Below are positions 1 through 7,764 of a DNA stretch of 37,171 nucleotides, in pieces; within the stretch, counting starts at the first letter, position 1; the number at the start of each line of letters is the position of its first letter. The notes beneath the pieces are model-generated. The model saw only the letters and a program-made list of their open reading frames with translations, did not search any database and was not told the origin of the DNA. Origin of the DNA: Fibrobacter sp. (GTDB lineage Bacteria; Krumholzibacteriota; Krumholzibacteriia; LZORAL124-64-63). The position numbers and the translations under genes are program-made. The stretch lies in assembly GCA_020718045.1 (NCBI GenBank), contig DYDD01000003.1, forward strand, positions 21,687-58,857, given 5' to 3'.

Positions 1-2
1 GC

Positions 3-242
3 GGGTACCCGCTGGCCTGCCGCGTCTACCGGAGCTCGTACGGGAGGGGCGAGTACCTGGTCTGGTGGCTGGCCGGCGACGCGACGGGGTACCGGGAGGC
101 GCCGTCGGTCCGGGAGGCGCTCGACCTGCAGCTCGGCCTGGTGAAGTGCGCTGAGCTCCTCGCCGTTCTGGAGGCGGTGTTTCCCCTGGAAATGTCTTAC
201 GATGTCACGCTGCGGCCCGACCTCTGCAACCTGGGCCGGTGA
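3..242 (+). CDS. 3' end of an unidentified protein-coding gene (partial, runs off the window start)
   Basis: The frame is open from the window edge to TGA at 240-242. Third codon positions are almost all G/C, as in the confidently identified genes. The translated tail ...EYLVWWLAGDATGYREAPSVREALDLQLGLVKCAELLAVLEAVFPLEMSYDVTLRPDLCNLGR has no motif I recognise. It is absent from the ORF track because it has no start codon. Confidence 0.55.
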   Translation, partial: GYPLACRVYRSSYGRGEYLVWWLAGDATGYREAPSVREALDLQLGLVKCAELLAVLEAVFPLEMSYDVTLRPDLCNLGR

Positions 243-276
243 CGACGATGCCGATCCACAGGGAGCCGCGAACGCC

Positions 277-1470
277 ATGAGCGCACGACAGGACGCGCTG
301 ATCCGTTACCCCGGCCACGACCTCCTGCTCCCGGACATCGTCCGCGCCGAGAACTGCCACCTCTTCGATTCGCAGGGCAGGCGGTACGTCGACCTGGAGT
401 CCGGCGTCTGGTGCGCCACGGTCGGTCACGGCCACCCGCGTGTGCTGCGCGCCCTGACGGAGCAGGCGGCCCGCATCGCCCACAACGGCTACTGCTACGG
501 CACGGCCGTGGTGGAGGAGGCCGCGCGCGAGCTGCTGGCCCTGACGGGGTTCGACGGCGGGAAGTGCGTGCTGCTGTGCTCGGGCAGCGAGGCCGTCGAG
601 CACGGTGTGCGCACCGCGCAGGCCGCGGTCTCGCGGCCCCTGCTGATGACGATGGCGGACTCCTACTTCGGCGCCTACGGCTCGGCGAGCCGCCGGCAGG
701 CCGACGAATGGTTCAGCTTCGACTGGACGCCGTGCGCGGCCTGCCCGTTCGCCGGCGAATGCGACCAAGGCTGCCAGCACTGGTCGGCCATCCCCTTCGA
801 CCGCATCGGCGGCTTCCTCTTCGAGCCGGGCAGCTCGTCGGGCCTGGTGCGTTTCCCGCCCGACAAGCTGATCCGCAACCTCGTCGCGACGATCAGGCGC
901 GACGGCGGCCTCGTGCTCGTCAACGAGGTGACCACGGGCTTCGGCAGGACCGGACGCTGGTTCGGCCACCAGCACTACGGGTTCGCGCCGGACGTCGTCG
1001 CGACGGGCAAGAGCCTCGGCAACGGCTACCCGGTCAGCGCCGCGCTCTACGCGCCCGGGGTGCATGAGCGCCTGGGCGGGAAGCCGGTCAGGTACGCGCA
1101 GTCCCACCAGAACGACCCGCTCGGGGCCGCCGTCGCGCGGGAGGTCGTGCGCGTCATCGCCGACGAGGACCTGATCGCACGGGGCGCGGCCGCTGGGACG
1201 CGGATCCTCGCCGGTCTCGAGGCGATCCGCGCGGGCGTCGGCCGGATCGCGCAGATCCGCGCGCGCGGCCCGATGATCGCCGTCGAGCTGGACGACACTC
1301 CAGGCGCCGCGCTCACGACACGCTTCCACCGGGAACTGGTGGGCTGCGGCTACATCACGGGTCGCCGCCCCGGCCTCCCCGTTCTGCGCATCGATCCGGC
1401 GCTCACGATCGAAGACGCGGACATCGAGGGGTTCCTCGCGACGTTCGCGGCGGTGCTGGCCGATGCCTAG
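277..1470 (+). CDS. PLP-dependent aminotransferase, class III fold (acetylornithine/GABA aminotransferase-like)
   Basis: ORF 202-1470; the first ATG is at 277 (MSARQDALI...). Class III signatures are present: VGHGHP, FLFEPGSSSG, VNEVTTGFGRTG, and the PLP-lysine context ATGKSLGNGYPVSA. It carries an unusual Cys-rich insertion (see findings). Confidence 0.85.
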   Translation: MSARQDALIRYPGHDLLLPDIVRAENCHLFDSQGRRYVDLESGVWCATVGHGHPRVLRALTEQAARIAHNGYCYGTAVVEEAARELLALTGFDGGKCVLLCSGSEAVEHGVRTAQAAVSRPLLMTMADSYFGAYGSASRRQADEWFSFDWTPCAACPFAGECDQGCQHWSAIPFDRIGGFLFEPGSSSGLVRFPPDKLIRNLVATIRRDGGLVLVNEVTTGFGRTGRWFGHQHYGFAPDVVATGKSLGNGYPVSAALYAPGVHERLGGKPVRYAQSHQNDPLGAAVAREVVRVIADEDLIARGAAAGTRILAGLEAIRAGVGRIAQIRARGPMIAVELDDTPGAALTTRFHRELVGCGYITGRRPGLPVLRIDPALTIEDADIEGFLATFAAVLADA

Positions 1471-1479
1471 GGAGCGGCC

Positions 1480-1989
1480 ATGAAGCGGTTGCGGGCCCTC
1501 GAGCGCCTGGAGGCCGCCTGGCGCGACCTCCTGGACGCCTACGCGGGACTGTCGGACGCGGAGCTGCTCGCGCCCGGCGTCACCGGCGCCTGGTCGGTCC
1601 GCGACATCGTCGCGCACGTGACGGTGTGGGAAGAGGAGGCGTTGAAGCACCTGCCCCACATCCTGGGCGGGGGGCGGCCGCCGCGCTACTCCGTCGTCTA
1701 CGGTGGCATCGACGCCTTCAACGCGCTGATGACCGAGCGCCTGCGGGAGGTGCCGCTGCCCGAGGTGCTGGCGCGGCGGGACGACGTCCACCGGCGGCTC
1801 GTCGCCTACCTGGAGTCGGCGCCCGTGGACCAGCTCGCGCGCGAGACGCGTTTCCGCCGGCGCTTGCGCTTCGACACCTTCGGCCACTACCCGAAACACG
1901 CCGCGGGGATCCGGGCGTGGCGGGAGCGCGGCGGACGCGGTCGAGCCTCCGTTCACGATCCATGCACGACAGAACAGGAGACGCCATGA
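1480..1989 (+). CDS. DinB/ClbS-like four-helix-bundle protein (DinB superfamily)
   Basis: ATG at 1480 is preceded by GGGAG. The motif WSVRDIVAHVTVWEEEALKHL plus a later GHYPKH resemble the His-containing helices of DinB_2/DUF1706-type proteins. Its stop overlaps the next start (ATGA at 1986-1989). Confidence 0.65.
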   Translation: MKRLRALERLEAAWRDLLDAYAGLSDAELLAPGVTGAWSVRDIVAHVTVWEEEALKHLPHILGGGRPPRYSVVYGGIDAFNALMTERLREVPLPEVLARRDDVHRRLVAYLESAPVDQLARETRFRRRLRFDTFGHYPKHAAGIRAWRERGGRGRASVHDPCTTEQETP

Positions 1990-3065
1990 ACATCGCTCGC
2001 ACGATCCTGTTGTCCATCCTGCTGCTCACCGTCGCCTCGGCCACGTTCGCCGCGTCGGAACAGGAGACCCTCCTGGGCGAACTCTACGGCAAGGGGCGCC
2101 TCGCCGCGGCGGAGGTCCTCTGCGACAGCCTGCTGATCGCCGATCCGGGGAACGCGCTGCTGAACCAGTTCAAGGGACGGCTGCTGGCGGAGCAGTATCG
2201 CGGCGCGGAAGCCGCCCCCTATCTCGAACGGGCCGTCGCCGCCGACACGGCGCGAACCTGGATCTACTCCTGGAGCCAGGTCTATCTCGGCATCGTCCGG
2301 TACGCTGCTGGCGACGACGAGGCAGCCGGCCGCGCCTGGACCGCCGCCTGCGAGGCCAACGCGACGAAGAACTCCACCGCGATGGCGAAGCTCTACCTCG
2401 CCTGTCTCGTCGAGGACACGCCCTTCGACGCGTGGACGATGCTCGATACGGAGCATTTCGAATTCCGGTTCTCCCCGCGGCTGGAGGACATCGATGTCGA
2501 TACCTTCGCCGGCCAGCGCGAGGCCGCTTTCACCAGGATCGCCGCCTGGTTCGGCCGCGAGCCGGGCCGCAAGATCCGCTTCTACGTCTGGAGTTCGAAC
2601 GAGGAAGCCCTCGAGGCGGGGCTGCCGACCCTGGGGTTCTCCCGCTCCCACGTCTCGCTCATCCACTCGCTGGCCAACCAGACGCGGGGCCACGAGATGA
2701 CCCACGTGATCTCCGGGCATGCGATCCCGCCGCGGAACGTAACCCCCCTCATCATGGAAGGCGCGGCGATCTACCACGATCTACGGTCCATCGACCGCTT
2801 CGCCGTGGCCGCGCAGGCCTGGTCCACCCTGCCTGCGGACCGGCGGCCGGACATTTACGCCTTGTGGGACGATTGGCGGTTGCTGAAGGAGGATGTCAGC
2901 TATCCCCTGGCGGGCGCCTTCGTCACCATGCTGGTCGAGCGCGGCGGCCGCGAGGAGTTCCTCGAACTGTTCCGCGACCAGACCCCGGAAGCGGCGCGAC
3001 GGATCTATGGACCGGATTTCGATGGCTGGGTGGCCGACTTCGCAAGGCGGCTGGCGGTCGAATAG
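1986..3065 (+). CDS. secreted putative zinc metallopeptidase with an N-terminal TPR-like region (HExxH)
   Basis: Internal ATG at 1986 within ORF 1626-3065 gives MNIARTILLSILLLTVASATFAAS, a signal peptide. The HExxH motif appears as TRGHEMTHVISGH. The helical N-terminal part is repeat-like. The region of the ORF upstream of 1986 overlaps the DinB-like gene in another frame. Confidence 0.7.
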   Translation: MNIARTILLSILLLTVASATFAASEQETLLGELYGKGRLAAAEVLCDSLLIADPGNALLNQFKGRLLAEQYRGAEAAPYLERAVAADTARTWIYSWSQVYLGIVRYAAGDDEAAGRAWTAACEANATKNSTAMAKLYLACLVEDTPFDAWTMLDTEHFEFRFSPRLEDIDVDTFAGQREAAFTRIAAWFGREPGRKIRFYVWSSNEEALEAGLPTLGFSRSHVSLIHSLANQTRGHEMTHVISGHAIPPRNVTPLIMEGAAIYHDLRSIDRFAVAAQAWSTLPADRRPDIYALWDDWRLLKEDVSYPLAGAFVTMLVERGGREEFLELFRDQTPEAARRIYGPDFDGWVADFARRLAVE

Positions 3066-3120
3066 CGGGGTCGGCGCCCCGTGCTGGGCGGGCATGGGCA
3101 GGGTCAATCGTCCGGCTGGA

Positions 3121-3210
3121 TCTATAATTTTACCATGCGTTAATCGCGACGATATTGATACTGATTGCGGCAAGCATCCTGCTATAATCAAATCACAATC
3201 ACTCCTGTAT
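3121..3210 (+). promoter_or_regulatory. AT-rich island with two perfect TATAAT boxes upstream of the T9SS cargo gene
   Basis: TATAAT occurs at 3123-3128 and 3184-3189, in a local AT-rich patch within an otherwise roughly 70% GC context. It lies 47-110 nt upstream of ATG 3236. It shares the word ATCTATAAT with the island at 7699-7707. Confidence 0.4.
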
Positions 3211-3235
3211 TCCCCTGCACCAAGGAGCCCGGATC

Positions 3236-4519
3236 ATGCACACCCTCGCCGACGCATTCCGGAACCGACGCGCTGTCGCGCTTCTGTCCCTGTCCCTGAT
3301 GTCCCTGTTGGTGTTGTCCGGCAAGGCCGCCGCCCGCACCTACTGCATCCCGCACATCCTCGACTCGCCCGGCCGGATCGCCAACACCCCCTACACCTAC
3401 GACACGTCCCTGTACATGACCTACGCGGGCGCCGTCGCCTGCGTCGGCGGCGTCGAGAATCCGCTACCGGTCGATGTGTACCTCTTCGCCAACGACGGTT
3501 CGCCGCTGCGCAGCACGGACGGGCTCGATGTCTGCAACCCCTGCACCTACCCGATCGGTCCCGCGAACCGCAAAGCGAGCGTGAAGGTCGAAGAGCTCAT
3601 CATCGCAGCCGGTGGCATGCCGAACGCGGTGACCGGCTACGCGGTGGTCGATGTGCCGGGCACGGGTGACGACGTCGCCGTCTCGGGCTTCGTCGTCAAC
3701 TCCCACACCAGCGCCTTCGACCTGTCCGTCTTCGGCTTCGAGCCCCAGCCCATCGCCGCCGCCGCCAAGTCCGCAGCCTTCGCCTGCGGCCGCGTCTTCA
3801 CGATGGACAACCTGCTCTACTCCCCCGGCACGGGCGGCGGCACCACGTTCTGCTTCGACACCACGATCTTCATGACCTACATCGGCGGACAGGCCGGCAC
3901 GCCGTCCGGCTCGGGCGCCGCCGTGGCCGTCTACCTCTTCGACCAGGAGTCGGGCGAGCTGCTGACCGACGCCGTCGGGACGCCGGTCTGCAACCCCTGC
4001 TCCACCAGCCTCGACGACGCCACGCGCAAGAGTTCCTTCCGGCTCGGCGCGGCCCTGCCCGGCGGTGCGGTCATTTCCGCGGCGGTCTCCTCGGTGATCG
4101 TCGTCTCGGGCGACGCCGGCAACGTGGCCGTGCAGGGCTTCGTGGTCAACACGCACAGCGGCCCGATGGACGTGAACCTGTCCGCGGCGCCGCTGCACGA
4201 GGTCACCACCGAGAGCGTCACCGGCCTGCCGCCCGCGCTGCTGGATCGGCTCGGCTTGCGCAGCTACCCCAACCCGTTCAACCCGCTGACGACCTTCGCC
4301 TACACGCTGCCGCGGCAGGACCGCGTGCAGATCCGCGTCTTCGACGCGCAGGGCGAACTCGTGCGCACGCTGCTGGACGAGGCCCAGGTCGACGGCGACC
4401 ACGAGGTGTCGTGGGACGGCGTCGCCGACGACGACCGGCACCTGCCGTCGGGCGTCTACTTCGGGCGGATCGACACCGCTGGGCGCAGCGAGGTGCAGAA
4501 GGTCGTCCTCATCAAGTGA
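3236..4519 (+). CDS. secreted protein with a tandemly duplicated unknown domain and a T9SS/FlgD-Ig-type C-terminal sorting domain
   Basis: An AAGGAG SD lies 7 nt upstream of the ATG. A signal peptide is present (LLSLSLMSLLVLSGKAAA). There are two internally similar modules of about 140 aa each. The C-terminal 87 aa read YPNPFNPLTTFAYTLPRQDRVQIRVFDAQGELVRTL...WDG...LPSGVYFGRI, which is typical of T9SS type A / FlgD-like CTDs. Confidence 0.85.
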   Translation: MHTLADAFRNRRAVALLSLSLMSLLVLSGKAAARTYCIPHILDSPGRIANTPYTYDTSLYMTYAGAVACVGGVENPLPVDVYLFANDGSPLRSTDGLDVCNPCTYPIGPANRKASVKVEELIIAAGGMPNAVTGYAVVDVPGTGDDVAVSGFVVNSHTSAFDLSVFGFEPQPIAAAAKSAAFACGRVFTMDNLLYSPGTGGGTTFCFDTTIFMTYIGGQAGTPSGSGAAVAVYLFDQESGELLTDAVGTPVCNPCSTSLDDATRKSSFRLGAALPGGAVISAAVSSVIVVSGDAGNVAVQGFVVNTHSGPMDVNLSAAPLHEVTTESVTGLPPALLDRLGLRSYPNPFNPLTTFAYTLPRQDRVQIRVFDAQGELVRTLLDEAQVDGDHEVSWDGVADDDRHLPSGVYFGRIDTAGRSEVQKVVLIK

Positions 4520-4547
4520 ATGACGACGCGCGAGCCGACATCTCCCC

Positions 4548-4576
4548 GGCCCCGGGTTCCACCCCGGGGCCTTTTT
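4548..4576 (+). terminator. rho-independent terminator
   Basis: A 9-bp perfect GC stem, GGCCCCGGG (4548-4556) / CCCGGGGCC (4563-4571), has a 6-nt loop and is followed by TTTTT (4572-4576). It lies 29 nt after the stop at 4519. Confidence 0.8.
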
Positions 4577-4666
4577 CCGCAACCATGGAGCGCGGTGACC
4601 AGGAGATGTCGATCTTGTTGTTCAGGTTCCGATCGGCGTATCCTGGCGAAGAAGGGGCATTCAGAC

Positions 4667-5815
4667 ATGAAGACTTTGCTCGCGCTGATTGCCGCGCTGA
4701 CTCTGACGGGCTGCGCCGCGACATCAGGAAATCGGCCGCTGCCCGATGACGCTGCCATCGACGCCGCGGCGCAGCGCCTGATGGCGCGCGAAGGTGTGCA
4801 GGGTCTCGCCCTGGCCGTCGTCGCGGACGGGCAGATCGTGCACGTCGCCGCCTACGGCCACCGCAATCGCGAGCGCGATCTGCCGCTGACCACCGGCACC
4901 GTCATGTACGGCGCCTCGTTGACCAAGACGGCGATCGCCCACCTGGTGCTGCAGCTCGTCGACGAGGGGCGGCTGGGTCTGGACGCTTCCGTGGCGGACC
5001 TGTTGCCGCGCCCGCTGCCGGAATACGACGACTACGCCGATCTCGCGGGGGACGAGCGCTGGCGCTCCCTGACGCCGCGCATCCTGCTGAACCACACCTC
5101 GGGCTTCGCCAACTTCCGCTGGCTCGAGGCGGACGGGAAGTTGCGCTTCCATCACGACCCGGGCAGCCGCTACGGCTACTCGGGGGAAGGCTTCTACATC
5201 CTGCAGCTCGTCCTCGAGCAGGGTCTCGGACTGGACGTCGGCCTGGAAATGCAGACCCGCGTCTTCGACCGCTTCGGCATGACCCGCACGAGCATGACCT
5301 GGCGTCCGGATTTCTCGGCGGACCACGCCGACGGCTACGGGCTCGACGGCGCCGTGGAACCCCACGACGAGCGCGGCAGCGTCAGCGCGGCGGGCTCCAT
5401 GGACACCAGCATCGCCGATCAGGCGCGCCTCTGGGCCGGCATCATGCGCGGCGACGGTCTCAGCCCGGCATCGCGTGCCGAGCTGGTGCGCCCGCAGACG
5501 CCGATCACGTCGGCGCACCAGTTCCCGACCCTCGATCCCGCGAACGAGCCGCGCCACGCGGCGAGCGGCTTGGCGGCCGGCCTCGGGCTGGTCACGTTCC
5601 GGAACGAGGACGGGCCGGCGTGGTTCAAGGGCGGCCACAACGACTGGACCGGCAACCTGGTCATCGGTCTGGAGAACGGGCGGCGTTGTTTGGTCCTGCT
5701 GGCCAACGACGTCCGGGCCGAACGCATGTATCCGGAACTGGCTCGGGCGATCCTCGGCGAAACGGGAATGCCGTGGACTTGGGAGTACGATTGGTTGGAC
5801 ACTGGGCGCCGGTAG
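4667..5815 (+). CDS. lipoprotein serine hydrolase of the beta-lactamase/PBP4* family
   Basis: Internal ATG at 4667 gives MKTLLALIAALTLTGC, a lipobox (LTGC). The SxxK motif is present as ASLTKT, with YGYSGEG and FKGGH as second and third motif equivalents. The part of ORF 4520-5815 upstream of 4667 covers the terminator and is not coding. Confidence 0.85.
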   Translation: MKTLLALIAALTLTGCAATSGNRPLPDDAAIDAAAQRLMAREGVQGLALAVVADGQIVHVAAYGHRNRERDLPLTTGTVMYGASLTKTAIAHLVLQLVDEGRLGLDASVADLLPRPLPEYDDYADLAGDERWRSLTPRILLNHTSGFANFRWLEADGKLRFHHDPGSRYGYSGEGFYILQLVLEQGLGLDVGLEMQTRVFDRFGMTRTSMTWRPDFSADHADGYGLDGAVEPHDERGSVSAAGSMDTSIADQARLWAGIMRGDGLSPASRAELVRPQTPITSAHQFPTLDPANEPRHAASGLAAGLGLVTFRNEDGPAWFKGGHNDWTGNLVIGLENGRRCLVLLANDVRAERMYPELARAILGETGMPWTWEYDWLDTGRR

Positions 5816-5870
5816 AGGCGTCGGCATCGACCGGCGACGGTCGACACACGGAAACGCAAGGACGGCCGAT

Positions 5871-6323
5871 TTGAAGAATCTGCGCAGCATCGCGAAGAGG
5901 TCGCTCGTGGTCCTGGCCGTCGCCGCGGCGGCGATCCAGTTCGTGCCGGTCCAGAGGACGAACCCGCCGGTCGACGGCGAGATCCCGGTCCCGGCGGACG
6001 TGCGCGCCGTCCTGCAGCAGTCCTGCTACGACTGCCATTCCAACCAGACCGTCTGGCCCTGGTACAGCCGGGTCGCCCCCTTCTCCTGGCTGGTCGTGGA
6101 CGACGTGCGCGAGGCCCGCGAGGAGATGAACTTCTCGACGTGGACCCGCCTGACGCCCAAGGAGCAGGCCCACTACCTGCGGGAGATCCGGGGCGAAGTC
6201 GAGGACGGCGCGATGCCGCCCCGCCTCTACCTGCTGCCCCATCCCGGATCCCGCCTCACCGCCGCCGACCGGGCGACCTTGGTGGCCTGGACGAAGTCGG
6301 CGGGCATCGAAGGCGAGCGATGA
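5871..6323 (+). CDS. haem-binding-domain protein (CxxCH, Haem_bd-like), membrane anchored
   Basis: The CYDCH motif is followed by SNQTVWPWYSRVAPFSWLVVDDVREAREEMNFSTW, characteristic of the haem-binding-domain family. TTG at 5871 is the first in-frame start after the upstream stop, and AAGGACGG lies 5 nt upstream. GTG at 5907 is an alternative start. Confidence 0.7.
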   Translation: MKNLRSIAKRSLVVLAVAAAAIQFVPVQRTNPPVDGEIPVPADVRAVLQQSCYDCHSNQTVWPWYSRVAPFSWLVVDDVREAREEMNFSTWTRLTPKEQAHYLREIRGEVEDGAMPPRLYLLPHPGSRLTAADRATLVAWTKSAGIEGER

Positions 6324-6481
6324 TGGGGATGAGCCGCGCCGTCGACATCGCGCCTGGCCCCACCAGGCGTTGGCGCAGCCAGCCTTATCCAAATCAGATC
6401 AGTCGCCATTTCGATGAAACGCCTCTATCATCTCCATAACGCCCAGTCGGCGCTCTCATTGCGCCGGGAAATGGAGGAGGG

Positions 6482-6886
6482 ATGCGGAATCTGCAAGCGG
6501 TGCGACAAGCGGTCCTGGTGGCGGTCTGCGCGGCGGCGCTCGCCGGTTGCGACAACACGACGAGCCCCGGGGTCAACCCGGAAATCGCTAACGTCGCCGA
6601 CAACTTCCAGTACCAGGTGACGGACATCCGGAACTACTCGCACGTCGACAACTACACGTGGCAGAACACGGGGACGACGGCGAACGTCAACCAGTCGACG
6701 ACGGTCACCGGCGGCACGGCGACGCTCGTCATCCTCGACGCCGACGGCGTGCAGGTCTATTCGAAATCCCTGGCGGAGAACGGCACCTTCGTCACCACGG
6801 CGGGCGCGGCCGGATCGTGGACCATCCGGGTGACGTACGCGTCCGCCAGCGCGACGGTGAACTTCCGCGTGCAGAAGACGACCTGA
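6482..6886 (+). CDS. small lipoprotein, beta-rich, unknown function
   Basis: A GGAGGAGGG SD lies directly upstream of the ATG. The lipobox is AAALAGC. The mature part is Thr/Asn/Val-rich with no recognisable motif. Confidence 0.7.
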   Translation: MRNLQAVRQAVLVAVCAAALAGCDNTTSPGVNPEIANVADNFQYQVTDIRNYSHVDNYTWQNTGTTANVNQSTTVTGGTATLVILDADGVQVYSKSLAENGTFVTTAGAAGSWTIRVTYASASATVNFRVQKTT

Positions 6887-6926
6887 ACCCGGATCACCTC
6901 CCGAATACCGCCGCCCCGGAAAGAGC

Positions 6927-6965
6927 ACGACCCCCGTCGCATCCGCGCGGGGGTCGTACGCTTTT
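6927..6965. terminator. bidirectional hairpin terminator between convergent genes
   Basis: A 10-bp stem, ACGACCCCCG (6927-6936) / CGGGGGTCGT (6948-6957), is followed by ACGCTTTT on the plus strand and GCTCTTT on the minus strand. It sits between the stops at 6886 (+) and 6989 (-). Confidence 0.55.
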
Positions 6966-6988
6966 CCACGGGACGGACCGCGTTGTGC

Positions 6989-7351
6989 CTACAGCATGTC
7001 CTTGATGGACTTCATGGGGCGGACGCGCACCGAGCGGGAAGCCGGACGCGGCTTCTGCTTCACCATCTCGCCGGTGAAGGGGTTCTTCACGAGCTTGCCG
7101 CCGGCGACGGCGGGCTTCTTCACCAGGGACAGCTTCATCAGGCCCAGGTAGTTGTAGGAGCCGTGCTTCTTGACGGACTTGACCATGATGTCGGTCAGCG
7201 CTTCGCAGACGCCGACGACGTCCTTGCGCGCGAGGCCGGTCTTCGCGCAGATCTCGCGGTAGGTCTCGCCCTTGGTCGGCGGCTTGTTCGAGGGGGCGGC
7301 CTTGGCCGGAGCCTTCTTCGCCGCGACCTTCTTCGTCGTCTTCTTTGCCAT
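6989..7351 (-). CDS. hup: HU/IHF-family DNA-binding protein with a Lys/Ala/Pro-rich N-terminal tail
   Basis: Internal ATG at 7351 is preceded by AAGGAGGA. The HU-fold part is ETYREICAKTGLARKDVVGVCEALTDIMVKSVKK...KNPFTGEMVKQKPRP...VRVRPMKSIKD. The N-terminal 27 aa are MAKKTTKKVAAKKAPAKAAPSNKPPTK. Confidence 0.85.
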   Translation of the reverse strand: MAKKTTKKVAAKKAPAKAAPSNKPPTKGETYREICAKTGLARKDVVGVCEALTDIMVKSVKKHGSYNYLGLMKLSLVKKPAVAGGKLVKNPFTGEMVKQKPRPASRSVRVRPMKSIKDML

Positions 7352-7690
7352 GCGGGTTCTCCTCCTTGGATGGAAACCTGAAGACCGCTGTGGGTCCATT
7401 CCCTGTGGGAATCTAGCGCAATCCGGCGCGGCGATACACAAAATATCGTGGTTCGGCCGGGAAAAATGGGGATTCCCAACGACGGCCCGCACGCGCCGCG
7501 GCGTCGCGGGTGACACTGCGCGTTCGCGGCGACGAAGCGACGGCCGTCACCTCGGCATCGCGGTGCGCCATGAAGGCGTGATCGGAACCGCTCGGCGTTG
7601 CGATGCGATCCCGCTTGCGACCCGCGATCGCGACGACGCCGGGGTGAAGGATCGGCGACAACACGATCCCGGGGCTGTATGGGATCATCA

Positions 7691-7760
7691 GCATGAATAT
7701 CTATAATATAAACCAATACAATCCATATAATGGACATTATGGCTATAAAATCATGACGAT
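7691..7760 (-). promoter_or_regulatory. AT-rich island sharing the word ATTATAGATATT with the island at 16161-16203
   Basis: The reverse complement of 7696-7707 is ATTATAGATATT, identical to 16162-16173. The island lies immediately downstream of the barrel gene stop (7765) and 340 nt upstream of the HU start. Confidence 0.35.
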
Positions 7761-7764
7761 TCCG

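Noticed and set aside
205-1956. Long antisense or alternative-frame ORFs throughout the window: 205-1956(-), 11271-13202(-), 16194-18212(-), 18187-20349(+), 22750-25050(+), 24841-26016(-), 27138-30446(-), 30525-31862(-) and 33313-36459(-).
   Set aside because: Their translations are Arg/Ala/Gly/Pro/Asp low-complexity strings typical of stop-poor off-frames in high-GC DNA. Each one overlaps a gene in another frame or strand that has clear family motifs, an SD and strong third-position GC bias.
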